From Planctomycetales bacterium (GTDB lineage: Bacteria > 4484-113), in the NCBI GenBank assembly GCA_037441675.1, contig JBBIRS010000006.1:51644-115643 (forward strand): a stretch of 64,000 nucleotides of DNA, in the 5' to 3' direction. The notes below the pieces were generated by a model. The model worked only from the letters and a program-made list of their open reading frames with translations. It was not told the DNA's origin and made no database searches. A program made the position numbers and the translations under genes. This document shows, piece after piece, positions 20,299 through 30,114 of the stretch. Each line of letters begins with the position of its first letter. The first letter of the stretch is position 1.

Positions 20299-21126
20299 TT
20301 ACAGATATCTCGCGGAGATGGCTTGAACCATTTTTGCATTAAGTTTATGACCACTCATCACACCTAGGAAATGAGCTTTTACGCCTTTGCCTAAAATGTA
20401 CAAATCTCCTAGAATATCAAGCACCTTGTGCCTGGCAAATTCATCCGGTAGCCTAAGCTGAGGTATATCCCCTGCTCTTATAACTACGCCCATCGATTCA
20501 TCTGTCCCAGTGATAATCTGCTGCTCAAGTAGTTTTCTAGCTTCCTCCTCTGGGATGAATGTTCTCGCGGGCAGAATTTCAGTCAGCGCCTTTTCCCTGT
20601 CTCCATCAAAAGTAGTGAACTGAGTTTCTACATTGGGATATTCGGGGTATTTCAGGATGTAACTGACGCGAAAGGATTCAGCGGGACTAGCAATTAGGCA
20701 CTTATCCTCATTTTCCTTAACTACAATTGGCGAACGCAGCGAGATCTCCGTAACTGGAGCTTGCTGTTCAACCAGACCTGCGGACTGAAGATACTCAACG
20801 TAAGGCATGGCGCTTCCATCAAATGTTGGCAACTCCGGCGAATCAATCCTAACCTCAAGATTAGAGATGCCAAGAGCCCAACATGCGGACATTAGATGCT
20901 CAACCACGATAACTTTTACGTCGTTTTTTTCTAGTGTGGTGCAGTTTGGTGAATACCTTAGATTTTGTGGTTCAGCGCAAATAGCACAATCATTTTCAAC
21001 GTCTGTTCTTCTGAAGATGATACCTGTATTTTCTTCTCGTGGAATAAGGGTAACACTTGTCATCCTATCCAGCATGAAGCCTTTGCCGGAAAAGGATACT
21101 TCATTCTTTATGGTTTTCTGCAACAT
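20299..21126 (-). CDS. lpxC: UDP-3-O-acyl-N-acetylglucosamine deacetylase
   Basis: QKTIK, VEHLMSA, DGSA, ARTF, ARHKVLDILGDL and GH motifs. Confidence 0.92.
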   Translation of the reverse strand: MLQKTIKNEVSFSGKGFMLDRMTSVTLIPREENTGIIFRRTDVENDCAICAEPQNLRYSPNCTTLEKNDVKVIVVEHLMSACWALGISNLEVRIDSPELPTFDGSAMPYVEYLQSAGLVEQQAPVTEISLRSPIVVKENEDKCLIASPAESFRVSYILKYPEYPNVETQFTTFDGDREKALTEILPARTFIPEEEARKLLEQQIITGTDESMGVVIRAGDIPQLRLPDEFARHKVLDILGDLYILGKGVKAHFLGVMSGHKLNAKMVQAISARYL

Positions 21127-21257
21127 TTTAAGCTCACCAAGATAAACTAAATGAAACTCTCAATGTAATATATAGGTGTGAAAAGCTCTAGCAAAAATCA
21201 CTAATATTTTATTCTATTAAAGTAATGAACAATTATTCGGTCATTCACCCTAAATTA

Positions 21258-21286
21258 TTGAAAGAAAATGTAGGATAGTATATACT
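21258..21286 (+). promoter_or_regulatory. Sigma70-type promoter of hpf
   Basis: TTGAAA-N17-TATACT upstream of SD GGGAGG and the TTG start. Confidence 0.6.
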
Positions 21287-21327
21287 CTTATTAGAAATAA
21301 CAGCAAAATGCAAGGGAGGATTAAGAG

Positions 21328-21981
21328 TTGGAACTGAGAGTTAAGGCTAATGGCTTTGACTTATCAGAAAGATTGAAATTATACGCTGAATCAAAGGTTT
21401 CCCGTTTGGAACGATTCTTTAACCACATTCTCTATGCTGATGTTGAGTTCACGGAGGAAGCGCGCGGTAAGAAGGGTAACAGTAAGAAAGTTGAGGTAAC
21501 ACTAAAGGCCGCTGGACGCACGGTGCGAGCGGAAGTTATGGAAAGCTCCTTTTATACCGGTGTGGACGTTGCGGTGGATAAGCTTGAACGGCAGTTAAAG
21601 AAGTATAAGACCAAGCTAGAAGCGCAAAGGCGTTCGCAACGCAAAAGGCGTGAAACTTTAGAGGTGACTTATCAATCTTTAGACACCATTGAAAAAGGTG
21701 CTAGTGTTTCAGAATCTGTTTTGCAGGAGGCAAGGAAGTCGGACGGTGAAGAAGAATTTCAGGCTTCAACAGCGGGAGTTCTTCCAGAAGAAGGAACTTT
21801 TAGAATCGTTCGGAGAAAGACTTTTAGCACGAAGCCAATGACTTGGGAGGAAGCCGCGCTTCAACTGGAGCTTTCTGGTCATCCATTCTTCCTTTTTGTT
21901 AATGCTGAAACATCTCAGGTTAACGCACTTTTTAAGCGAGAAGCCGGAGGATATGGGCTTTTGGAGCCCAAGGATGATTAG
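21328..21981 (+). CDS. hpf: Long ribosome hibernation promoting factor (HPF/RaiA with S30AE C-terminal domain)
   Basis: DKLERQLKKYK; C-terminal KPMTWEEAALQLEL.GH.FFLF.NAET..VNALFKR..GGYGLLEP. Confidence 0.92.
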   Translation: MELRVKANGFDLSERLKLYAESKVSRLERFFNHILYADVEFTEEARGKKGNSKKVEVTLKAAGRTVRAEVMESSFYTGVDVAVDKLERQLKKYKTKLEAQRRSQRKRRETLEVTYQSLDTIEKGASVSESVLQEARKSDGEEEFQASTAGVLPEEGTFRIVRRKTFSTKPMTWEEAALQLELSGHPFFLFVNAETSQVNALFKREAGGYGLLEPKDD

Positions 21982-22277
21982 GAATGATTAGATAATAGAA
22001 AAGCGCAAAGTGGTTGTTTACCTCCCTTTCAATCATTCTTGCTCTCGCAGAATAAAAGACTGCTCAGACTTTTACCACCCAAATTTAGTTTTTGCTCTTC
22101 TATTTTCATATTAATACTTGATACTTCTGCATCTGAAAATCCTTGATTAAATACTTACCATTTTCTCTAGAACTGACTACTGAAACTCTCTGCGGGCATC
22201 CTCTAAAACCCGCATCTTATCTTAATGCAAGTGAAATAGGCGAATCGCAACTAAGATTTGAAAAGCGGCAAGAAAAA

Positions 22278-23234
22278 TTAAGCTCCGCGTTTCCACCAAA
22301 GGAAGTTATCATTCCCATAGGGTTTTGCAGAAGCGGAGAATAGTACTTTTTCTGAGGCGCTCATTGGCCTAAATGATAGAGCGTAAGAGTAATTCTCCTT
22401 GACATGCTCAGGCGTTCCCATGCCAATTATGGCGGTGTCTACTGGTTGGCTAAGAGAAAAGTGGAGCATCTTTTCCAGAGATAGCTTGTTAACAAGTTTG
22501 CCCTCCCCAAAAACTTTCATAGCAATTATGCCCACACCCTGTTTTTTTGCGGAAGGCATAAATTTGCCAGCAAAATCGCCAATGAATTGGTCTGCGACAC
22601 CGCATGCGACAAGAGCGGTTGTAAATGGATACCTTCTAAGAGCTTCTAAGAGGACTGATGGTCTTGTATGGCCTGTGATGCCTATATTTCTTACTAAGCC
22701 AGCATTCTTGGCTTCCATACAAGCACGAAAACTTCCATTTTCGCTCATTACTTGATTCAGTGTTTCCATATCATTAATGGCATGCAGTTGAATGCAATCA
22801 AGGGGCTTTTTTAGATTGAGACGTTTAAGACTCTGAGTAATTTCGACCTTCGATTCTGAATAAGTGCGCCTAAGCGTCTTAGTGGTTACCCAGATTTTAC
22901 TTTGATCCTCACCATTTAATCCTAATCCTAGCCTTCTTTCGCTTTCGCCGTCACCGTACTGGCTTGCGGTATCAAAATAGTTTACTCCCAGCTCAAGGCA
23001 TGTTTTCACGGTTGCAATTGCGGTTCTTTCGTCATTCTTTGGGAGGATAGTTCCACCTAATCCTAGAATTGTCGCTTGAAAGCCTGACTTTCCAAGTGGG
23101 CGTTTTTCAAGGACTTTTCTCTCTTGCGCAAATATTGCTTTAGGAAATGATGAAATGATTCCGCTCGCGGATATTACACCCTTTGCTAAAAGTTCTATAA
23201 ATTTCCGCCTAGATGTTTTTCCTTGTTCTTCCAA
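22278..23234 (-). CDS. Aldo/keto reductase with a Tat signal peptide
   Basis: SRRKFI signal; GVNYFDTASQYG..SE..LG, LDCIQLH, IGITGH, IIAMKV. Confidence 0.88.
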   Translation of the reverse strand: MEEQGKTSRRKFIELLAKGVISASGIISSFPKAIFAQERKVLEKRPLGKSGFQATILGLGGTILPKNDERTAIATVKTCLELGVNYFDTASQYGDGESERRLGLGLNGEDQSKIWVTTKTLRRTYSESKVEITQSLKRLNLKKPLDCIQLHAINDMETLNQVMSENGSFRACMEAKNAGLVRNIGITGHTRPSVLLEALRRYPFTTALVACGVADQFIGDFAGKFMPSAKKQGVGIIAMKVFGEGKLVNKLSLEKMLHFSLSQPVDTAIIGMGTPEHVKENYSYALSFRPMSASEKVLFSASAKPYGNDNFLWWKRGA

Positions 23235-23381
23235 TTGATTAATATTATAGGATGAATTTTATTTCTAGTAATTTTGGTAGAAAAGTATTTGCGGATATTT
23301 GCCTTGTGGCAAAAGAAGATAATAACATCCTAAAATGCGGAATGTGGCAATGAGAAGTTATGAAAATGATTCAGTAAATTT

Positions 23382-23424
23382 TGTGATATAGGTCACATAA
23401 ATTTTAATTATTGCTAGGTATAAT
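23382..23424 (+). promoter_or_regulatory. CRP/FNR-family (or Rex-like) operator and -10 box of the oxidoreductase operon
   Basis: TGTGA-TATAGG-TCACA (23382-23397); TATAAT at 23419-23424. Confidence 0.65.
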
Positions 23425-23554
23425 AATAGAAATTCGTAAGTAAGGAGTATTTTTACGGATACGGAGATTGAAATTGATCTCTTCTGCACAAACAATTCTG
23501 GGAGTATTCTCCCAGAAAGGGACTTCTTTCGTTTTATTCTAGAGGTGTTTAATC

Positions 23555-23896
23555 GTGGCTGAACATCTTGAACATAAAGAAGAGGGCATTAAAGAGTTTC
23601 CAGTTCCCGTTGACAATAACTCTCTTTACATTAACTACCATTGGTGCAAGGGTTGTTCAATTTGCGTTGAGTTTTGTCCAAAAGATGTATTTGATTATTC
23701 AGTTATAGGACAACCAGTTGTAACTCGTCCCGAGAGCTGCAACCTATGTATGATTTGTGTGCATAGATGCCCCGATTTCTCCATTGCAGTTGGAGCCTCA
23801 GGGCAAATTTTGCCTGAGCGAAAGAAAACGCCTGTGCTAAATCATGTTGATAAAGGCGGAAAAAAGGAAGAGTGGGTGAGGTATCCCTGGTGGTAA
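23555..23896 (+). CDS. 2-oxoacid:ferredoxin oxidoreductase delta subunit (2x[4Fe-4S])
   Basis: CKGCSICVEFCP and CNLCMICVHRCP. Confidence 0.9.
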   Translation: MAEHLEHKEEGIKEFPVPVDNNSLYINYHWCKGCSICVEFCPKDVFDYSVIGQPVVTRPESCNLCMICVHRCPDFSIAVGASGQILPERKKTPVLNHVDKGGKKEEWVRYPWW

Positions 23897-23909
23897 ACGG
23901 GAAAAGGTT

Positions 23910-25043
23910 ATGGCAAAGACATATCTAATGAGTGGCAACGACGCTTGCGCAGAAGGTGCTCTTTATGCTGGATGTCGTTTTTTTGCTGGATATCCCATCA
24001 CTCCAAGCAGTGAAATTGCGGAACATCTTGCCAAAAAACTTCCGCTAATTGATGGCATATTTATCCAAATGGAGGATGAAATCGCCTCCATATGCGCGTG
24101 TATCGGTGCGTCAATGACTGGGGCAAAAGCAATGACTGCCACCAGCGGTCCCGGATTCTCTCTGATGCAAGAGAACATAGGTTATGCAGCAATTACGGAG
24201 ACACCGGTGGTTATTGTGAACGTGATGCGAGTTGCACCTTCCACTGGAATGCCCACTGGCACCGCTCAAGGTGATTATATACAAGCACGATTCGGCAGTC
24301 ACGGCGATTATCCTATCGTTGCTCTGGCGCCTGCCACCGCCAATGAGATGTTTGAGTTTACTGTGAAGGCTTTCAATATTTCTGAAATTCTGCGAACTCC
24401 CGTGATTGTAATACCAGAAGCGGTCGTCGCGCACATTCGCGAGCCGGTGAAAATCCCCGGAGCCGGTGAAATGGAAGTGGTAGCCAGAATTAAAAGGGAT
24501 TTTGACGGGACTTTCTTCTTCTCACGAAATGAGGATGGTGTAGCTCGCCCACCTTCAGTGGGTGATGGCTACAAGGTTCATTACACCAGCCTAGTTCACA
24601 CCGAATCGGGATTCTTCAGCTCTAGTCCCCTTCAGGTTGAAAGTTTTACTAGGGCTTTAGTGGAAAAGCTTAAGTCAAAAGAACATCTGCTTGTTGACTT
24701 TGAGGAGGAAGGTTGCGAAGATGCGGAGATTATTCTAGTTTCTTTTGGCGTGACAGGAAGAGCTTGCATGCGTTTAGCTAGAGATTTGCGAAAAGCTGGG
24801 GAAAAAGTCGGTTATTTTCGTCCTAAAATAGTATGGCCGTTTCCTGAAAAAGAATTCATTAATCTAGCTGAGAGGGCACATTCCATCATTGTCGCAGAGT
24901 TAAATTATGGCCAGATGAGACGTGAGGTTGAACGGCTTTTCGGAAGAGAAAAGCGCATTCTTGGTGTGAACAAGGTTGATGGAACTATGCTTGAGCTTAG
25001 CCGTATTAAGGATGTCTTGAGGGAGGTGGTAAAAGATGCTTGA
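23910..25043 (+). CDS. korA: 2-oxoacid:ferredoxin oxidoreductase alpha subunit (KorA-like)
   Basis: FFAGYPITPSSE, QMEDEIAS, TATSGPGFSLMQE. Substrate specificity cannot be determined from sequence. Confidence 0.88.
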   Translation: MAKTYLMSGNDACAEGALYAGCRFFAGYPITPSSEIAEHLAKKLPLIDGIFIQMEDEIASICACIGASMTGAKAMTATSGPGFSLMQENIGYAAITETPVVIVNVMRVAPSTGMPTGTAQGDYIQARFGSHGDYPIVALAPATANEMFEFTVKAFNISEILRTPVIVIPEAVVAHIREPVKIPGAGEMEVVARIKRDFDGTFFFSRNEDGVARPPSVGDGYKVHYTSLVHTESGFFSSSPLQVESFTRALVEKLKSKEHLLVDFEEEGCEDAEIILVSFGVTGRACMRLARDLRKAGEKVGYFRPKIVWPFPEKEFINLAERAHSIIVAELNYGQMRREVERLFGREKRILGVNKVDGTMLELSRIKDVLREVVKDA

Positions 25044-25902
25044 GAGTTTTATTGAGAAATACGCACGTGAGTTCAACTTTCCCACTATATGGTGTTCAGG
25101 TTGCGGACTTGGAACTTTTATGCGGGTTATGATGAAGGCTTTTGATGCCATTTCCCTTGACCCGAATAAACTCGTGCTGGTATCTGGAATTGGCTGTAGC
25201 TCAAGGGTTACCGCATATACTGATTGCAACACTGTTCACACTACTCATGGCAGAGCTTTGCCTGTGGCAACCGGTATCAAGCTGGTAAATCCTTCTCTCA
25301 CAGTTGTAGTAATCACTGGTGATGGTGATGGTACGGCAATTGGTGGTAATCATCTTATTCATGCTGCCCGTAGAAACATTGATTTAACTTGCATTTTACT
25401 TAATAACTCTTGCTATGGAATGACGAGCGGACAAGTTTCGCCAATGACCCCCCACTCCGCATACTCTTCAACTTCGCCTTATGGAAACATTGAGCATTCC
25501 TTTGATCTTGTGGGAATGCTGAAGAGCGCTGGAGCTACTTATATCGCACGTGGAACGGTTTATCATTATCCTCTCGCGGAAAAGCTAATAGTAAGCGCAA
25601 TTGAACATAAGGGCTTTTCCTTTGTGGAGATTCTTTTTCAGTGTCCTACCTATTTTGGTCGCTTTAACAAGGTTCCAGAACCCGCGGATATGCTCAGGGA
25701 GTTTAAGGAGAATGGAGTAAAGTATGTTCCTGGAAAGGATAAACCGCTTGCTGAGAATCAGTTTTACATTGGTGAGCTTTATAGGGATGAGAGTAAAGTA
25801 GAATACGTGGAGCTTCTAAAGAAGCACAGGCACGAGCGCTTAAATCTTATGAAACTACAAGGGCAATATGATGGCTGCAAAACAAAGAATCGAACGCTAT
25901 GA
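25036..25902 (+). CDS. korB: 2-oxoacid:ferredoxin oxidoreductase beta subunit (TPP-binding)
   Basis: WCSGCG, SGIGCS, HGRALP, GDGD..IGGNH, NN..YGMT.GQ.SP. Confidence 0.88.
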   Translation: MLESFIEKYAREFNFPTIWCSGCGLGTFMRVMMKAFDAISLDPNKLVLVSGIGCSSRVTAYTDCNTVHTTHGRALPVATGIKLVNPSLTVVVITGDGDGTAIGGNHLIHAARRNIDLTCILLNNSCYGMTSGQVSPMTPHSAYSSTSPYGNIEHSFDLVGMLKSAGATYIARGTVYHYPLAEKLIVSAIEHKGFSFVEILFQCPTYFGRFNKVPEPADMLREFKENGVKYVPGKDKPLAENQFYIGELYRDESKVEYVELLKKHRHERLNLMKLQGQYDGCKTKNRTL

Positions 25903-26470
25903 GATACTTGTTTCCGGTTCAGGCGGACAGGGAGTTTTACTCACTGGTGAAATTATTGCCGAATCTGCTGTACGGGAAGGCTTACAGGTAGCTCAAACCG
26001 CAAGCTATGGTCCCGAAAGTCGAGGTGGTGCTTCTCAGTCTGATGTTATTATATCCACTGAACCAATTGACTATCCAGGAGTTCTATCTCCTAACTTCTT
26101 AATTGCGTTAACACAGGAAGCTGCTGATGCTTTTGCTAACGAATGTGCGGATGACGCTATTATACTTCTTGATGCTACCTGGGTTGAGACCATTCCAGAA
26201 TTTCAAGCTAAGCTAATCTATCATGTCCCTATCACAAAAGAAGCCGCAAAGCGCTACGGTAAGCCCATTTACGCGAACCTTATCGCCATTGGGTTTTTGA
26301 CTGCTGAGACTGAGATTTTTCATCCTGTAACTGTAATTGATGTTATTAGAGAGAAGGTTCCCGTAAAGACAATAGAGCAAAACCTTTCCGCATTCCATTT
26401 TGGTCTTGAGATGAGTAAGGAAGTTAAACCAGTCCAAATAACTAGGCAAAGAGATATTGTATTGAAATAG
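25868..26470 (+). CDS. 2-oxoacid:ferredoxin oxidoreductase gamma subunit
   Basis: GSGGQGV, SYGPESRGG, N..AF..G motifs. Confidence 0.9.
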   Translation: MMAAKQRIERYEILVSGSGGQGVLLTGEIIAESAVREGLQVAQTASYGPESRGGASQSDVIISTEPIDYPGVLSPNFLIALTQEAADAFANECADDAIILLDATWVETIPEFQAKLIYHVPITKEAAKRYGKPIYANLIAIGFLTAETEIFHPVTVIDVIREKVPVKTIEQNLSAFHFGLEMSKEVKPVQITRQRDIVLK

Positions 26471-26491
26471 TAGAGCTTAATATTTCCGGAT

Positions 26492-26515
26492 GGCGAAATT
26501 ATATTTCGCTTCTTT
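26492..26515 (+). terminator. Possible weak terminator after the oxidoreductase operon
   Basis: GCGAAAT-TAT-ATTTCGC followed by TTCTTT. Confidence 0.4.
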
Positions 26516-26689
26516 GAAAAGAAGAGGGCAAAAGATAAGGCTAAGATAACTGTAGTTCCTTCAACACATTAATTACTTGCGTGCATTGAGAAATACTCCA
26601 TAAACTTTGCTCAATCTCTATCATCCTAGCACCGCCCCAAATTGTATAGAAGCTACTTTTCCTTAAATACCACCGAGTTGAATTCACCT

Positions 26690-27685
26690 CTATCTAAATG
26701 GTTTTCTAGGCGTTTTCGCATCTAAAGAAGAACTAGCAGGCTTTTTTTCCTGCTTTGGTGTCATAATCCTGCGGGAAGGCTTTTTACTCCTGGCATTACC
26801 ATGCGCTTCTAATCCTTCTTTTTGACTTGCTCCTAAGACTAACTCTGATATAGGTTTATCCCAATCTGCAGGACATCCTTTCTTATTAACCGCAACTAAT
26901 CCAAAAATTGCTACGATTATGAAAAAAATTGATACCAACTGGGTCATTGTAACCCCACCAAAGCCGTAAAGCTCATTTTGAAAGTCAATAATGTAATGCG
27001 GCACATTTCTAAAAGGCTCTTCAATTAGTGATCTTATAAGTGAGTAGCCAAGGATGAAAGTGTAGAAATTTGTTCCGGGCGTTGTCTTCTTAAACCAAAC
27101 AATTAACGTGATGATAAGGAGAAGAAGTCCAACTATTCCCCCATAGATTTCAGTAGGATGTCTTGGGATGAATTCTGTTGGGTTCTGACCGAAGTTGTGG
27201 TACTCATCCTGAGGGAAGCTAAGTGCCCAAGGGATTATCTTTTGTGAAACCTTATAACCTGAAATATCGCCGTTGCTTAAATTTCCTAAGAAGCGAACGA
27301 GCATTATCCCAATGGACACCCCCGGGGCTGCTGCATCCATAATTTCAATGAACCTAATTTTTTTATTTCTAAAGTAAAGCCAGCAACCGAGAATTCCACC
27401 TAGGATCCCACCGTGGAAGGATAACCCCCCTTGATTAACGTAAAAGACAGAAAGGGGATTATCCGCGTAGTTACTCCAGTTAGTGAGAACGTAGATAATC
27501 CTAGCTCCGACAATACCAAAGATTGCAGCCCAAATGACACCATCCCAAACGAGTTCTCCTTCACGTCCACGCTTTTTCAGAAGGGCAGAGGCTAGCCAGG
27601 TGGAGACAAGCAAAGCTAGCGCCATTGCAATTCCATACCACCTAATTGGATATCCAAATACAGTAAACGCTACAGGGTTAAACAT
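26690..27685 (-). CDS. lgt: Prolipoprotein diacylglyceryl transferase
   Basis: IRWYG, GARIIYV, GGLSFHGG, R.LGN, RHPTEIY. Confidence 0.95.
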   Translation of the reverse strand: MFNPVAFTVFGYPIRWYGIAMALALLVSTWLASALLKKRGREGELVWDGVIWAAIFGIVGARIIYVLTNWSNYADNPLSVFYVNQGGLSFHGGILGGILGCWLYFRNKKIRFIEIMDAAAPGVSIGIMLVRFLGNLSNGDISGYKVSQKIIPWALSFPQDEYHNFGQNPTEFIPRHPTEIYGGIVGLLLLIITLIVWFKKTTPGTNFYTFILGYSLIRSLIEEPFRNVPHYIIDFQNELYGFGGVTMTQLVSIFFIIVAIFGLVAVNKKGCPADWDKPISELVLGASQKEGLEAHGNARSKKPSRRIMTPKQEKKPASSSLDAKTPRKPFR

Positions 27686-27895
27686 AGTCTTAGTGATTCT
27701 AGCATAGGATATAGTCTACTCTGGATAGAACTCTTATGAGAGACAGAAGAGCGAGAGCATAAATCCCCTCAAGATTAACGTTTCGTGAGTTAGGAATTAA
27801 GAGGATTATTAGCTTGTGACATTTCCTATCATAGATTTTGATGACTTTGTGATGCTGTTGTCACACAAAACTTACCGGGAGTAAAATAGCAATCC

Positions 27896-28633
27896 TTACT
27901 CGCCATTATTGTTATTTATTATCTTGAGTGCGGTTAATCGTGAGGCTTCAATGGCAAATCCTGCCTTAACTAGTTTTCTAAAGATTTTCTCTCTCAACTT
28001 ATTCTTCGCTTGGCTGAGAGATAATGTATTTAGTCTTTCATTAAACGCATCTTTTTCACCTGAGTTCACCTCCATACGTTTTCTATTCTTTATAAGTGTT
28101 TTTTCATATTCCTTATTTAACTCCCTAAGAAAAAACTCCTTTTTATTTCTAACGAATCTACTTAATTCTATGCTCTCAAAGTTTGAGGGAACTATCTCTT
28201 TCAAAAGATTTATTGCTCTTTCTTTTTGAAATCCTTTACTAATAAGAAGGGATAGAATTTTATTTGTGCCGATACCACCTTTTGAAATCTTTTGAAGGAC
28301 TAGATACTTCGCTGATTCTTCTTCGTTCAGATATCCTTTTTCAGTCAGCTCATTCACAACTCGCTCGATGATATCGTTGTGAAACCCGCGCCTGAAGAGC
28401 TTATCCTTCAATTCTTTAATAAAAAGATCGCTCCTTGCAAGAGAGCTTAAGGCTATGTGGCGCGCCTTAAGATAGCTGGATTTTTCTTTTAGAAACTCAA
28501 CCGTTTTGAGTGGAATACTATCTCCTTCGTTAAAAATCGCATCACCCATCTCAAGCCAAAGCACTTCACCATCTTCTAGTTTCAACTCGTAAATGCCATC
28601 CTTAACACGAAATTTCTTCTCTGTTACGAACAT
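27896..28633 (-). CDS. recX: RecX family regulatory protein
   Basis: ELKDKLFRRGF..IIERVVNEL.EKGYLNE, G..KI...L..KG, LVKAGF repeats. Confidence 0.75.
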   Translation of the reverse strand: MFVTEKKFRVKDGIYELKLEDGEVLWLEMGDAIFNEGDSIPLKTVEFLKEKSSYLKARHIALSSLARSDLFIKELKDKLFRRGFHNDIIERVVNELTEKGYLNEEESAKYLVLQKISKGGIGTNKILSLLISKGFQKERAINLLKEIVPSNFESIELSRFVRNKKEFFLRELNKEYEKTLIKNRKRMEVNSGEKDAFNERLNTLSLSQAKNKLREKIFRKLVKAGFAIEASRLTALKIINNNNGE

Positions 28634-28806
28634 AATTGCAAATTATAATGTGGCTAGTAGTAGAGTTTACTTATCTTAAATATACGTTTTCTAATTTGCG
28701 TGGAAAATTTTAGTAAATTCCTTCAGCTGATGGTTATTTAAGGAAAGTTGAATTAGGCTGGTATTTGGAATGGTGTACGATTAATTGAGAAAATATTCGC
28801 AAGCAC

Positions 28807-28970
28807 TTGAAATTTTCTCTAATCTTCGCTAAACTGAAATTTAACATGCCTAAGGTCTCTCTCGGCTTAGTAGAACTGCTGGGAAAGGGACCGAATTCTT
28901 TTTATCCCCGAGAAAGTAAGTTTTCGCGAGGAGGATTGGTGCAATTTTCTCTGCTATCGGGGTTACTTTC
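28807..28970 (+). promoter_or_regulatory. Promoter and long structured 5' leader of the cytidylyltransferase gene
   Basis: TTGAAA-N17-TAAACT (28807-28835); hairpin 28854-28892; CCCCGA/TCGGGG-closed multiloop 28906-28962. Confidence 0.5.
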
Positions 28971-29000
28971 ATATAAATTCAAAGCTTATGGAGTTATGCT

Positions 29001-29762
29001 ATGAAAAGTGTAATAATTCTTCAGGCGCGTCTTGATTCTTCGCGTCTGCCCAGAAAGGTGCTTTTACCGCTTGCTGGTAGAGCCTGTATCCTTCATATCC
29101 TTGATCGGCTCAGTTGCTCTCGGGAGGTGGACGAAGTTGTTGTTGCAATTCCCGAGCAAGAGATTGGTAAAGAGCTAGCTCAACTTGTTCAAAACGCTGG
29201 ATTTAGGGTGATTGGTGGACCAGACCATGATGTTTTGTCCCGCTATATAATTTCCACCTATGAAACCGGGGCGGAGATTATCGTAAGAGCTACCGGGGAT
29301 AATCCTCTGGTTGAACCCAGCATAATTGATCAGCAAATTACATTTCTTAAACAGAATCCCGAATTTGAATACGTTTTCACCCGCAGGCTTCCTCTTGGTA
29401 TTTCCACGGAAACACTCTCCAGAAAAACGTTGGAGAAGCTGGATTACTTAGCGAGGATACCACTTCATCGGGAGCACGTCACATATTACTTAGTAGAGCA
29501 TCCCGAACCGTTTAACATTCATTTCCTTGAAGCTCCAGCTGAGCTTGAAAAACCACAGTTACGTCTTACTATGGATACCGAGGAGGATTACAGACTAATA
29601 GATGAAATTTACCGAGAGTTATATACCGGGGAAGGAATAATCCCTCTTGATAAGGTTCTCTCTTTTCTAGAAGAAAGAAGTGATTTAACTAATCTGAACT
29701 CTCACGTTGTTCAGGTTCCTCCTCATATTGAGCAGGTACTTGCTTCCGTAGAGAGCTTATAA
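29001..29762 (+). CDS. SpsF-like (CMP-nonulosonate synthetase family) cytidylyltransferase
   Basis: ILQARLDSSRLPRKVL, DVLSRY, R.TGDNP, REHVT.Y, RLTMDTEED. Confidence 0.88.
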   Translation: MKSVIILQARLDSSRLPRKVLLPLAGRACILHILDRLSCSREVDEVVVAIPEQEIGKELAQLVQNAGFRVIGGPDHDVLSRYIISTYETGAEIIVRATGDNPLVEPSIIDQQITFLKQNPEFEYVFTRRLPLGISTETLSRKTLEKLDYLARIPLHREHVTYYLVEHPEPFNIHFLEAPAELEKPQLRLTMDTEEDYRLIDEIYRELYTGEGIIPLDKVLSFLEERSDLTNLNSHVVQVPPHIEQVLASVESL

Positions 29763-30114
29763 ACCTGCCGAGGAAGTATGAGATGGGTGTGAGTAAAATA
29801 AATGCAACCTCTAAATTAAAGCCGTCGGAGTAAGAGAGCATTGATAAATTTAGGCTTTTAGCACTTAAGATGGCGACAGCGTCAATAACTATTATGGCAA
29901 TGCTTGCAAGGAGAACGCCTTCTCTAGCACCATCAAACATAAACCAGAGGCTTAAAACGATAAAGAACAAAGTTCCAAGGAGGACAATTGAAACAAAACT
30001 ACTTCTGGGAATAGGTTGCCAAGCGGAATACCAGAAGAAGAAGATGTGGGAAACACTTAATCCCGCAAGTAGAAAAATAACCCAGATTAGTTTATCCCAA
30101 AGTCTAGCAGTCAC
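29689..30114 (-). CDS. Hypothetical 4-TM membrane protein
   Basis: Four hydrophobic helices; overlaps the 3' end of the convergent upstream gene. Confidence 0.6.
   Translation of the reverse strand: MTARLWDKLIWVIFLLAGLSVSHIFFFWYSAWQPIPRSSFVSIVLLGTLFFIVLSLWFMFDGAREGVLLASIAIIVIDAVAILSAKSLNLSMLSYSDGFNLEVAFILLTPISYFLGRFISSLRKQVPAQYEEEPEQRESSD

Noticed and set aside
27815-27865. TGTGA..TCACA-like palindromes between recX and lgt
   Set aside because: Spacers are 8 and 9 nt rather than 6 and differ from each other; no convincing operator.
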